Source: Chamaesiphon sp. | Lineage (GTDB): Bacteria; Cyanobacteriota; Cyanobacteriia; Cyanobacteriales; Chamaesiphonaceae | Assembly: GCA_965246715.1 (NCBI GenBank) | Contig: CBDFFH010000015.1 | Coordinates: 32,001-96,000, forward strand | Reading direction: 5' to 3' | Length of the DNA stretch: 64,000 nucleotides | Shown: one piece after another, positions 53,044-62,647 of the stretch | Numbering within the stretch: position 1 is the first letter of the stretch | Layout: each line of letters begins with the position of its first letter | Translations under genes and position numbers: made by a program | Notes under the pieces: model-generated | Told to the model about the DNA's origin: nothing | What the model saw: the letters and a program-made list of their open reading frames with translations, nothing else | The model's database searches: none

Positions 53044-55602
53044 ATGTCTACCGAATCGCTAGTTAACTGGTTGGAATCGGCTACCGAGCTAGGCATGTTG
53101 TCGCGTGAGATTTTAGAAACGATCGCGTCCGAACTAGTGGTATCGATCGTCCCATCGGGGCAAAAAGTGACGGTCGAAGATACCCCTGTCACCAATCTAT
53201 ACATCCTAGAATCCGGACAAGCAGAGCGGTATCGCCGTAAACAACCAGGATTGATGTGGGCGACTGGTTTGTTACCTGGCGCGGTAGTAAATTTATCAGC
53301 ATTGCAGCGCGGGCAAGCCACAGATAGTCGGGTAGTAACGCTGACAGAGTGCCAGTTTCAGACACTTGCTGCCGATCGGTGGCAGGCATTAGTCGTTCGA
53401 TACCCAGAAATTACCACCGCCTATGCTCAGCGGTTGGCAACTAAATTAGAGCAACTAGAAGGCGAAATTGTCTACGAACGCGATCGACAAGCCGCGTTGC
53501 GTCCCTATCTAGTCCCACAAGCCAAGCGCGGGATTATCGGTAGCAGCCGTTATGCAGTGAAGTTGCGCCAGCAAATTCGGGCTGCGGCTAGCGACGATCG
53601 TTCGGTCTTAATTTCGGGCGAGCCAGGATTGGAAAAAGATAATATTGCCGCGCTGATTCATTTTGGTTCCAAGCGTCGTCATCAACCGATAATTACCCTC
53701 AAAAGTGCCCTAATTACGCCCAATGGCGCAGAATTATTCGGGCGAGTGGGTGGTAAACCTGGATTATTAGAATGGTTGGGTGAAGGGACGTTAATTTTAA
53801 ATGATGTTCAACAATTATCGCCTGAATTAATCCCACAGATCGAGCGATTGCTAACTACAGCTACCTATACCCCAGTCGATCGATCTGGGCGAGACTCGAT
53901 CCCCCATCGACCGAGTAATGTGCGGCTGATTCTGATCTCAGAGCGCGTACAACCTCGATTGAGTAAAGCGATTGGTCGCAAGATCGATGTCCCTGGATTG
54001 CGGGTGCGCAAGGCCGATTTGGAGGCACAGGTGAGTTACTATATCAATATTATTTGTCGGCAGAAACAAATCCCTAAACCCCATGTGACCCCAGAAGCAA
54101 TTCGCCGCTTGCAAGCATATGATTTTCCTGGCAATCTCCAGGAATTACAGGGGATGGTCGAGCGCGCATTAGCGCAAGCACAGGGCAGTAATTTACTCAC
54201 CGAAGAAGTATTTTGGGTACAGGGCGCGAAGAAGCAACTATTTCGATTAAATCTATTAAATGCTTATCCATGGTTGCGGCAATTGTTACGTAGCGATTGG
54301 TATCCCGATCGGATTAATTATGGATTTACGGCTTGGGTATTTCCGATTGTCGTAGCCATCTTATTTATCGCCCCACAAGATCGCCAACATAACTTTGCAC
54401 TAAATTTATTTTGGGCGTGGTGGTGGCCGTTAATTTTATTGCTATTCCCAATAATCGGTCGGCTGTGGTGTGCTTTTTGTCCATTTATGATTTATGGCGA
54501 AATAGTTCAAAAACTATCGCTGAAAATCTGGCCGCGTACACTCCAAAAATGGCCGCGCGAACTTGCCGAAAAGTGGGGTGGCTGGTTTCTATTCGGGTTA
54601 TTCTTCCTGATATTTCTCTGGGAAGAATTGTGGAACTTAGAAAATACTGCTTATTTATCTAGCTGGTTATTGCTGCTAATTACTGGTGGAGCGGTAGTTT
54701 TTTCACTGATCTTCGAGCGGCGATTTTGGTGTCGTTACTTATGTCCGATCGGCGGGATGAATGGGTTATTTGCCAAACTCTCGATCGTCGAATTACGCGC
54801 CCAACAAGGTACCTGTGCGGCAGAATGTACCACTTATCACTGTTATAAAGGTGGAGTAGGTTTTGGCGAAGGCGCGACCACTAATGGCTGTCCGATTTAT
54901 TCGCATCCAGCGCAACTTACCGATAATAAAGACTGCGTATTATGTATGACTTGCTTTAAAGCTTGTCCGCATCGATCGGTAGAATTAAATCTGCGTCCGC
55001 CCGGAATCGAACTTTGGACGACACATGTCCCGCACGGCTATGAAGTGGCTTTATTATTTTTATTACTCGGTGGTGTCTATTTACATCGCTTGCCAGAAAT
55101 CAACAAATTATTGAATTTACAAGTAGATTTAACTCAATTTTCGCCGCATTTAGGACTGTCGATCGCGGCAATAGTTGTCCCCGCAACCATTCCCTGTCTG
55201 GCTTATGGGGTAATGCAGGGGGTAGCCCTGCTGGGACAGTTAGAATTTATCCCAGTTAAAATCGCTAAGTTGCCACCATTTATCGACCTAGCCTATGGAT
55301 ATTTGCCGTTAGTTTTAGGGGCTAATTTAGCTCACTACTTTAAGTTGGGGTTGACAGAGGGCGGACAAATTATCCCTGTTACATTTGCAACCTTTGGACA
55401 GTTTGCTGCCGATCTGCCTAGCTTTAGCGTGCATCCCGCCGCGATCGCCTTTTTACAAGGGCTAACTTCGATTTTTGCCCTACTGGTGACGATCTTTCTG
55501 ACTCAGAAAATTGCCAAACGTCCGCTGCGATATCTCTTACCACAACATCTAGCGAGTATTTGTTTGACGGTAAGCTTATGGTATCTAATCATCGGCAATT
55601 GA
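53044..55602 (+). CDS. cNMP-binding + degenerate sigma54-activator-type AAA+ + membrane polyferredoxin (4Fe-4S) fusion protein
   Basis: N-terminal CRP-like domain, GEPGLEKD, L..YDFPGN.QEL, TM segments with GRLWCAFCP and FWCRYLCPIG, CVLCMTC.KACP. Confidence 0.85.
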   Translation: MSTESLVNWLESATELGMLSREILETIASELVVSIVPSGQKVTVEDTPVTNLYILESGQAERYRRKQPGLMWATGLLPGAVVNLSALQRGQATDSRVVTLTECQFQTLAADRWQALVVRYPEITTAYAQRLATKLEQLEGEIVYERDRQAALRPYLVPQAKRGIIGSSRYAVKLRQQIRAAASDDRSVLISGEPGLEKDNIAALIHFGSKRRHQPIITLKSALITPNGAELFGRVGGKPGLLEWLGEGTLILNDVQQLSPELIPQIERLLTTATYTPVDRSGRDSIPHRPSNVRLILISERVQPRLSKAIGRKIDVPGLRVRKADLEAQVSYYINIICRQKQIPKPHVTPEAIRRLQAYDFPGNLQELQGMVERALAQAQGSNLLTEEVFWVQGAKKQLFRLNLLNAYPWLRQLLRSDWYPDRINYGFTAWVFPIVVAILFIAPQDRQHNFALNLFWAWWWPLILLLFPIIGRLWCAFCPFMIYGEIVQKLSLKIWPRTLQKWPRELAEKWGGWFLFGLFFLIFLWEELWNLENTAYLSSWLLLLITGGAVVFSLIFERRFWCRYLCPIGGMNGLFAKLSIVELRAQQGTCAAECTTYHCYKGGVGFGEGATTNGCPIYSHPAQLTDNKDCVLCMTCFKACPHRSVELNLRPPGIELWTTHVPHGYEVALLFLLLGGVYLHRLPEINKLLNLQVDLTQFSPHLGLSIAAIVVPATIPCLAYGVMQGVALLGQLEFIPVKIAKLPPFIDLAYGYLPLVLGANLAHYFKLGLTEGGQIIPVTFATFGQFAADLPSFSVHPAAIAFLQGLTSIFALLVTIFLTQKIAKRPLRYLLPQHLASICLTVSLWYLIIGN

Positions 55603-55832
55603 GTGCAGGATAAGCAAATCGATCGATTAACCTTATCTGCTTGAATCTGTAGATGAATAGTTATTATCTTTACACAAAGTATCAGCTCATGAGGCACCCC
55701 AGCCGCCACAGTCGATTATGTGTATCATCCGGAAGGCCGAAGTTAGCATCAATGAGTTGCTAGTAAATTAACGACAAGTTATGATTACCTTGAGATTTTC
55801 CGATTATCACTGTCTTAACCTTCGATCGTCAT

Positions 55833-56021
55833 ATGTCTGAAGCAACTACCACTTGGTACATCGTCAAAATCGCTAATAGTAGCTGTCAGATCGTTACCCA
55901 AGATGCACTTGAAACTGCCGATCTTGAATTTATCGAGCGGTGGGGGCCTTTTCCGTCCCGGTCGGAAGCCATCGCCAAACGCGTAGGACTAATCCGCGCG
56001 GGCAAATGTCAACCGGTCTGA
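55833..56021 (+). CDS. Conserved small cyanobacterial hypothetical protein
   Basis: WYIVK...CQI...WGPF.S..EAIA.RVGLIRAGKCQP. Confidence 0.7.
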   Translation: MSEATTTWYIVKIANSSCQIVTQDALETADLEFIERWGPFPSRSEAIAKRVGLIRAGKCQPV

Positions 56022-56081
56022 CCAGATCCCCCGAGCTTACCAGCTAGTAAGCTGCGGGATCCAGTGGAGCGATTAAGCGAA

Positions 56082-56324
56082 CTAAATTACACCAGTACGA
56101 GTCAACCCAAGAATCGCACCAGTACCGAGAATGTGCCCGAAACACGCACCGCCGATTAGTTGAGCTGCGGTAAAACCACCAACTAGGGATGGGCCAGCTT
56201 TTTTAGCGACAGTTGCCGCCAACAACCCTAGCACGTTAGCTGCCAGCATGACGATCGCAATTGTTGGCGACCAAGCTTGACTCATCGTTACGGGTACAAT
56301 CGCGAACAAAGTGGTATGTAACAT
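56082..56324 (-). CDS. psaK: Photosystem I subunit PsaK (divergent paralog)
   Basis: WSPTIAIVML.AN...FGHILGTGAILGL...G.I. Confidence 0.85.
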   Translation of the reverse strand: MLHTTLFAIVPVTMSQAWSPTIAIVMLAANVLGLLAATVAKKAGPSLVGGFTAAQLIGGACFGHILGTGAILGLTRTGVI

Positions 56325-56482
56325 GGTTTACTCCTAAGAATTAACAATCTCAAACGGTCTGAAGTATTATATCGAAATTAGTTGGTATATTTGGCGATCG
56401 ATAAAAATCGAATCGTACTGCGAGGGATCGATTGTCGTATCGATTACACATTGGCGCTACTTGGCAATAAATAACGCGAAGG

Positions 56483-56749
56483 TCAGATCGCACCGGCATT
56501 AGTCAATCCCAAGATCGCCCCAGCTCCGAGAATATGCCCAAAACTCATGGTTGCGAGTAATTCAGGTAAGTTAAAATTCCGAAACAGATCTGGTTTGCCA
56601 ACTGGCAGATCTGGCCCACCGCCAGGATTGGCAATCGCAAACCGACCGATGACGATCGCGATCGCATTACAAACAATCATTACTATTGCAGTACTAAATC
56701 CCCAAGGTTCGGTATGAGGAATAGCTGCCAAGATCGAGTTGTACAACAC
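56483..56749 (-). CDS. psaK: Photosystem I subunit PsaK
   Basis: W...AIVMIVCN..AI.IG.FAI..PG.GP.LP...PELLATMSFGHILGAG.ILGL.N.G. Confidence 0.92.
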   Translation of the reverse strand: MLYNSILAAIPHTEPWGFSTAIVMIVCNAIAIVIGRFAIANPGGGPDLPVGKPDLFRNFNLPELLATMSFGHILGAGAILGLTNAGAI

Positions 56750-56985
56750 AGATTAGGCTCCTGTACTTTCAAAAATTATTTTAAAACTTGTCTAAATAAG
56801 TATTAGCTAGCAAACACCCCAAACCAACTTTTTGACCGAATATTTAACAAATATTGGCAAAACTAGATACATTTCTTAGTCAGTAGTTGTTAGTGGCTAG
56901 TAAAAGTTTGACTTCTTTCGCTCCGACTTAAGGAATAGGTTCCTGTCACATAAGATATACTGCCCATGAGGCTTGCTGAAAACTG

Positions 56986-57615
56986 ATGCGAATTAAAATT
57001 TGTGGAATTACAACTATCGAGCAAGCGATCGCGATTGCCGATCTGGGTGCGACAGATTTAGGTTTTATTTGCGTGCCAAGTTCGCCCCGCCATCTGACTT
57101 TAAATCGCTTGCAGCCTATTGTCGAGGAGTTAGCGGGTCGGGTGAATACAGTAGGTGTATTTGCAGATTTTTCCGTTACCACCATTTCGTTTGTAGTGAC
57201 ATTGACAAATTTAGCTACCGTCCAACTGCACGGTACCGAGTCGATCGAATTTTGCCAAGAGTTGCGTCAATTACTACCAGAGACGGAAATTATTAAGGCA
57301 TGGCGCGTGCGTAGCCCAGCGGATCTAGATATTATCCAAACTTATCACGAGGTTGTCGATGGTTTGCTCCTAGATGCTTATCATCCCGCTGCACTAGGCG
57401 GTACGGGGCACAAGCTCGATTGGGAGCAGTTGGCGGCATTTAAGCCCTCGATCCCGTGGTTGCTAGCTGGCGGTTTGACCCCAGATAATATTCGGCTGGC
57501 ATTGAGCCAACTGCAACCGGATGGGATCGATCTCTCTAGTGGGGTAGAATCCTCTCCAGGTCATAAAAATTTAGCGTTGGTCGATTGCTTATTTGCAAAC
57601 TTGCAGGGAATTTAA
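56986..57615 (+). CDS. trpF: Phosphoribosylanthranilate isomerase
   Basis: IKICGIT, SPR, VGVF, VQLHG.E, LLDA...GGTG..DW, LAGGLTPDN, D.SSGVE. Confidence 0.95.
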   Translation: MRIKICGITTIEQAIAIADLGATDLGFICVPSSPRHLTLNRLQPIVEELAGRVNTVGVFADFSVTTISFVVTLTNLATVQLHGTESIEFCQELRQLLPETEIIKAWRVRSPADLDIIQTYHEVVDGLLLDAYHPAALGGTGHKLDWEQLAAFKPSIPWLLAGGLTPDNIRLALSQLQPDGIDLSSGVESSPGHKNLALVDCLFANLQGI

Positions 57616-57673
57616 ATGCTAAAATATTTAGCGAATAGAGGTCGAACTATGTCACAGTTCGATCGCCGATCGA

Positions 57674-58537
57674 ATGGATAGTAGTAAAGTCATGAATGTC
57701 GATCGACAGTCACAGTTAGATATAGCCGACGTTAATCTCGTTACCCTTCGGACTGAAAGTCTCGCGCAGATCGAGCGGCTACAAGCAGATTTAAGTAACG
57801 CTCTCAATCTTGACATTGAAGAAATTCAAGCTCGACTGAGCAAATCGTTTCGCCACTTTCTGTTGGAGAAAGAACAGGAACGGATGCCATTTCTACAACG
57901 GGTCATGACTTCGCATATCGAAAATATGGAAGACGAGCGCGGCTTTCCACCCCGCCATCCAGTTCACTGGTTTAAATCTAAATTAGAATTTAGTTCTACA
58001 GGTATCTTAGAGTTCGATTTCAAAAAAGATGCCGAAGCATTTATGGAATCAGCGCTAGCCTATATCGAAAGCGATATCAAGGCACAATTAAGCACGAAAC
58101 AACAAGCCACCACTGAAATTGTCGATCGGCAGATTCGCGAATTACAGCAGAATTTAGCAACCCAACTTCAACCCGTTGCTAAAGCTAGAAAGATTATTAG
58201 TACCGAATATGTCAATAGTTTCATTCAAACTGGACGCATGATTTTAAAGGCTGTCGATCGCTTTTACTTTGTAAGTATGGGCGCACGATTTGATGCCAAA
58301 AAAGAATTGATTTATAGTGAAGTTTGCGTCCGTCCGACAGGATTTTTCGATCGATCTAAAAATGACGATAATCCCACCCAACTAAAATATGCAATCTCAT
58401 GCGATCGATTGCTAGATGTTGTCAATGAATCGATCGCTCGCTCGGTCGGACAGATCGACGCACAAGCCGTAGCGTATCTAACAGGCGAACTCATCCCCCA
58501 GATCGATAACTTATTTCAAGGATTAGAATCTAACTAA
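57674..58537 (+). CDS. Hypothetical helical/coiled-coil protein
   Basis: 287-aa ORF with host-like HIP1 content and no recognisable motif. Confidence 0.6.
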   Translation: MDSSKVMNVDRQSQLDIADVNLVTLRTESLAQIERLQADLSNALNLDIEEIQARLSKSFRHFLLEKEQERMPFLQRVMTSHIENMEDERGFPPRHPVHWFKSKLEFSSTGILEFDFKKDAEAFMESALAYIESDIKAQLSTKQQATTEIVDRQIRELQQNLATQLQPVAKARKIISTEYVNSFIQTGRMILKAVDRFYFVSMGARFDAKKELIYSEVCVRPTGFFDRSKNDDNPTQLKYAISCDRLLDVVNESIARSVGQIDAQAVAYLTGELIPQIDNLFQGLESN

Positions 58538-58577
58538 TCCAAATTGCTACCTAGAAACGCCTACGATTGTGGCTATA

Positions 58578-58636
58578 GTTACAAAGTTCGCCTTTGCGGA
58601 CTGAAGTATTAGTCCGCGAAGGCGGACTTTGCATCA
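58578..58636. repeat. REP-like doublet
   Basis: AAAGTTCGCCTTTGCGGACT..TAGTCCGCGAAGGCGGACTTTG, the same doublet found inside the MITEs. Confidence 0.7.
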
Positions 58637-58693
58637 TTAGCAGCGGTTTCTAACTGCTGCTATTATCGGTAGCTGTCAGGCTGGGAGATGGCA

Positions 58694-59722
58694 CTATCCT
58701 TGCCAATTAGCCCAATCTTGAGGCTTGAGAAACGTATTATACAGCTCGGCTTCTGGCGAATTAGGTTCGGGTGTATATCCATATTCCCACCGAACTAAAG
58801 GTGGTAACGACATCAGGATCGACTCGGTACGCCCGTTGGTTTGCAACCCAAAAATCGTGCCGCGATCGTAAACTAGATTGAACTCCACATAGCGTCCGCG
58901 CCGATAGAGCTGGAAATTGCGTTGATGTTCCCCATATTCTGTATTCCGACGACGTTCGACAATCGGGACATAGGCAGGTAAGAAGCTATTAGCACAGTCC
59001 TGCGAGATCGCGAATAATTGCTCCCAGGTGCGGGGTGCCGGAATCCCGATCGAGTCACTATATCCAGCGGCAGGGCCTTGCGGATCGGGGCCGCGATATA
59101 ATGCTCCTTGCCCATCTTGATAATCAAAGAAAATCCCGCCCACTCCGCGAGTTTCATTCCGATGCTTCAGATAAAAGTACTCATCGCACCATAACTTGAA
59201 GGTGGGATATAGATCGGGACTATGTTTGTCGCAAGCGTCCTTGAGCGTATTGTGCAGATGGCTGGCATCTTCAGCGAATGGATAGTAAGGAGTCAGATCC
59301 AAACCACCCCCAAACCACCAGACGGGGCCAGCTTCAAAGTAACGATAATTGAGATGAACTGTCGGAATATAAGGGTTGCGGGGATGCAATACCATCGAGG
59401 TGCCCGTCGCAAACCACCGATGTCCAGCAGCATCGGGACGCTGACTTAAAATTGAAGGTGGTAAATGGTCTCCCCAAACTTCCGAGAAATTTACGCCACC
59501 TTGCTCGAATACATTACCTTCTTTCATCACCCGCGATCGACCGCCACCACCTTCGGGGCGATCCCAGCTCTCTTCTTGAAACTTACCGCCACCATCCACA
59601 GCTTCTAAGCCCTGACAGACGCTATCCTGAAAGTCTCGCATAAACTGCACGATCCGCTGTTTGGCATCGGCAGGTGGCAAAAAAGCATCATTTATCTTAC
59701 TGTCGGTGGAGAAAGCTGTCAT
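58694..59722 (-). CDS. hemF: Oxygen-dependent coproporphyrinogen III oxidase
   Basis: [52 protein letters not shown]. Confidence 0.97.
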   Translation of the reverse strand: MTAFSTDSKINDAFLPPADAKQRIVQFMRDFQDSVCQGLEAVDGGGKFQEESWDRPEGGGGRSRVMKEGNVFEQGGVNFSEVWGDHLPPSILSQRPDAAGHRWFATGTSMVLHPRNPYIPTVHLNYRYFEAGPVWWFGGGLDLTPYYPFAEDASHLHNTLKDACDKHSPDLYPTFKLWCDEYFYLKHRNETRGVGGIFFDYQDGQGALYRGPDPQGPAAGYSDSIGIPAPRTWEQLFAISQDCANSFLPAYVPIVERRRNTEYGEHQRNFQLYRRGRYVEFNLVYDRGTIFGLQTNGRTESILMSLPPLVRWEYGYTPEPNSPEAELYNTFLKPQDWANWQG

Positions 59723-59924
59723 ATCCGCAAGGTGAATGAGGTTAAATTAAAAATATTTGTAAAAGCAGCCGTTGGCGACTATCTAGCAAAGTAGCATATC
59801 CAGGCGATCGACAGTCGATCGTTGTTACGGGAAATATACAAATTAGGGAGTCAGTGAATAATAGTGTTGGAGATTGAAAAAATTCTTTCTATGCAGGTGT
59901 TGTCGTATGTCGGAGGTTGCGGTT

Positions 59925-60026
59925 ATGACTGCTGAGGAGTTGTTGGGGCGTTATGCGGCTGGGGAAAGAGATTTCAGTGGAGTTGATCTTGAAGGTGTGG
60001 ATCTTAGTAAGAAATGCTTACTGTAG
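59925..60026 (+). pseudogene. Pentapeptide-repeat protein N-terminal remnant
   Basis: GGAGG SD, then MTAEELLGRYAAGERDFSGVDLEGVDLS, ending at a REP-like GTAGGATGGGC. Confidence 0.65.
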
Positions 60027-60215
60027 GATGGGCAAACTGAGAACTAGAATTATCGATCGAGCACAAGAATATTTGCCCATCACCATCAGCTTAATGTCTA
60101 CAAATCGATCGACATGTGACGCTCTCAATTGGAAATGGTGGGCAAACGCCCTAGACATTTTTCTCGATCGAAAGCAAGCAGTTTGCCCACCCTACTCGAC
60201 CTTATAGCTATGGTA

Positions 60216-60466
60216 ACGTCAGTTTGGGGTAAGAACAATTGATTTGCTCCGTTCCAGCACCGCCCTGAACTATAAGTTCGGGCTAATAGCTCAAGTTCTC
60301 TTCAGAGAACTGCCAAATCTATTAGTTCGTTAAAACGAACTTTTGCCATTAGCCCCTGCTTGGTGCGCTAAACCCTCGGGGAACCCGAGGAGCGCGCATC
60401 CGCAAATTCATTTGAGGGCGGTGTGCAACCGAAGCTAGGAGTCATTGAGCGGAAATACTTACCCCG
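60216..60466. mobile_element. IS982-ended MITE (subtype 2), right end truncated
   Basis: ACGTCAGTTTGGGGTAAG ... CTTACCCCG. Colinear with 50321-50580. Confidence 0.72.
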
Positions 60467-60567
60467 CTCGATCGGCTATAGGCTGAGCGAGTGGCACTTT
60501 GGAGTAATGAGCGAGCCGTAGCATAGATGATTTATTGTAAAATAGAAAAAATACCTCCTGTGAAAAA

Positions 60568-60771
60568 ATGTTTACAGCAGTTGAAGAGATTGAATCGGCA
60601 ATTCTCAAACTCTCACCACAAGAGTTAGGCAAACTTGCAGAATGGGTTTTAGATTTAGACGAACAGAATTGGGATAAACAAATCGAACGAGATGCTGCCA
60701 CCGGAAAACTAGATTTCCTTGCCAAAGAAGCATTGGCAGAACTGGAAAGCGGCGAGAGCCGGATGCTCTAA
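60568..60771 (+). CDS. Putative type II antitoxin
   Basis: EIESAILKLS..EL..L.EW.......WD.QIE.D...GKLD.LA.EAL.E. Its stop codon overlaps the toxin start (TAATG). Confidence 0.75.
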   Translation: MFTAVEEIESAILKLSPQELGKLAEWVLDLDEQNWDKQIERDAATGKLDFLAKEALAELESGESRML

Positions 60772-61022
60772 TGCATTATACAACTAAGAGATTCTGGAAA
60801 TGCTATGACACTTTGCCAGCCGCCGTTCGGCAAGTAGCCGACCAAAACTATGAATTACTAAAAACTGACCCATCTCATCCTTCCCTGCACTTCAAGAAGG
60901 TTGGAGAATTTTGGTCGGTTCGGGCGGGGAGAGGCTATCGAGCTTTGGGTGTAGAAACAGCAAAAGGCATTTCGTGGGTTTGGATCGGTACACACGCAGA
61001 ATATGACAAATTAATTGGCTAA
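60771..61022 (+). CDS. RelE/ParE-superfamily toxin
   Basis: T..FW.CY..LP..V...A...Y.LLK.DPSHPSLHFKKVG.FWSVR....YRALG...W.WIG.H.EYD. Confidence 0.8.
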   Translation: MHYTTKRFWKCYDTLPAAVRQVADQNYELLKTDPSHPSLHFKKVGEFWSVRAGRGYRALGVETAKGISWVWIGTHAEYDKLIG

Positions 61023-61186
61023 AACCTTTGTTGACTCGGCAGGTAATAGCGATCGTGTATTTAGGGCGAGAGTTCACTTAAATACTCCCAATCCTCATGT
61101 TGCGATATAGACTATTCCCAGTTAAGATGCCGACGGTGTGATTTAGGCTATAGACTAAATCCATAGTCGAAAATATATAAATACTG

Positions 61187-62236
61187 ATGTTAGACTGCAG
61201 TGCTGTTTTAGAAGTCCTCAAACCAGTTCAAGACCCGGAGCTGCAAAAGAGTCTGGTCGAACTGAATATGATCCGCAATATTCAGGTAGATGGAGGGGTA
61301 GTGAAATTTACGGTAGTGTTAACGACCCCCGCTTGCCCCTTACGGGAATTTATTGTCGATGAATGCAAACAGGCAGTAAAAACGCTCTCAGGCGTAACGG
61401 ATGTGGAAGTCGAAGTAACTGCTGAAATTCCCCAACAAAAGGGATTGCCCGACCGGGTAGGCATCGATCGCGTTAAAAATATCATCGCGATCTCCAGCGG
61501 CAAAGGTGGTGTGGGTAAAAGTACCGTAGCTGTCAATGTCGCCGTCGCGCTGGCTCAATTAGGTGCGAAAGTCGGACTGGTAGATGCCGATATTTATGGC
61601 CCCAATGCACCATTAATGTTTGGGTTGAGCGATATTAGGTTGGTGCCAACGGCAGATGGTAGCCTCGAACCTGCTTTCAATCATGGGGTCAAACTCGTAT
61701 CGATGGCATTTTTGATCGATCGCGACCAACCAGTAATTTGGCGCGGGCCGATGTTAAATGGGATTATCCGTCAATTTCTGTATCAGGTTAACTGGGGCGA
61801 ATTGGATTACCTGATCGTCGATCTGCCGCCAGGAACTGGCGATGCTCAGCTTACCCTCGCCCAAGCCGTACCGATGGCGGGAGCCGTAATTGTCACCACA
61901 CCTCAAAACGTCGCCCTCGCCGATGCGCGCAAAGGCTTGCGGATGTTTGAGAAATTTACAACGGTCTTGGGAGTAGTGGAAAATATGAGTTATTTTATTC
62001 CCCCAGACATGCCCGATCGCCAGTATGATATTTTCGGTTCCGATGGCGGCGAGAAATTTGCAACCGAACTAGGCGTACCATTACTAGGTCGAATTCCACT
62101 AGAAATTCCCGTCCGCATCGGCGGAGATAGCGGCATCCCGATCGTTATTGCCGAGCCAGAGTCCGCTTCGGCTAAAGCGTTGGTTGCCATCGCCAAATCG
62201 ATCGCGGGTAAAGTTTCGATCGCAGCTTTGGGATAG
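61187..62236 (+). CDS. mrp: Mrp/NBP35 (ApbC) Fe-S cluster carrier ATPase
   Basis: V.DPEL, TTPACP, SGKGGVGKST, DADIYGP, WRGPM, DLPPGTGD, VTTPQ, ENMS. Confidence 0.93.
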   Translation: MLDCSAVLEVLKPVQDPELQKSLVELNMIRNIQVDGGVVKFTVVLTTPACPLREFIVDECKQAVKTLSGVTDVEVEVTAEIPQQKGLPDRVGIDRVKNIIAISSGKGGVGKSTVAVNVAVALAQLGAKVGLVDADIYGPNAPLMFGLSDIRLVPTADGSLEPAFNHGVKLVSMAFLIDRDQPVIWRGPMLNGIIRQFLYQVNWGELDYLIVDLPPGTGDAQLTLAQAVPMAGAVIVTTPQNVALADARKGLRMFEKFTTVLGVVENMSYFIPPDMPDRQYDIFGSDGGEKFATELGVPLLGRIPLEIPVRIGGDSGIPIVIAEPESASAKALVAIAKSIAGKVSIAALG

Positions 62237-62301
62237 GGATTAGGGGTTAGGCTTTAGCATTTGCAGCTAGCTTGCTAACTATCTCGATCGTAATTAATTT
62301 A

Positions 62302-62645
62302 ACGTCAGTTCGGGATAAGAATAGCTTGGAGACTGAAGTCTCGGCTCATGATGCAAAGCCCGCCTGTCTTGACGCGCTAAACCCTCGGGGAACCCGAGGA
62401 GCGCGCGTCGCTGTCTTGAAAAGGTGCTCTACTTGGGGAAGCCCCAAGACCGCACTTTTCGCTTCGCGGACTAGATAATTAGTCCGCGAAGGCAGGCTTT
62501 TGCCGCTCGCGGCAACAACCGGACTTTGCACTATTAGCAACGATTTGCGGCGCGCGCTCCTCGGCTTTGCCGAGGGTTTAGTGCGACAAGACACAATCGA
62601 GTGCGGTGCTTGAACGAAGCAAATATCCTTAACCCGAACTCACGT
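62302..62645. mobile_element. 344-bp IS982-ended MITE (inverted copy of 44998-45341)
   Basis: ACGTCAGTTCGGGATAAG ... CTTAACCCGAACTCACGT. Confidence 0.9.
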
Positions 62646-62647
62646 TA

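Noticed and set aside
55715..55750. CCGGAAGG as the SRP RNA (ffs) loop
   Set aside because: The flanking CAGG/AGCAG motif and the long hairpin are absent.
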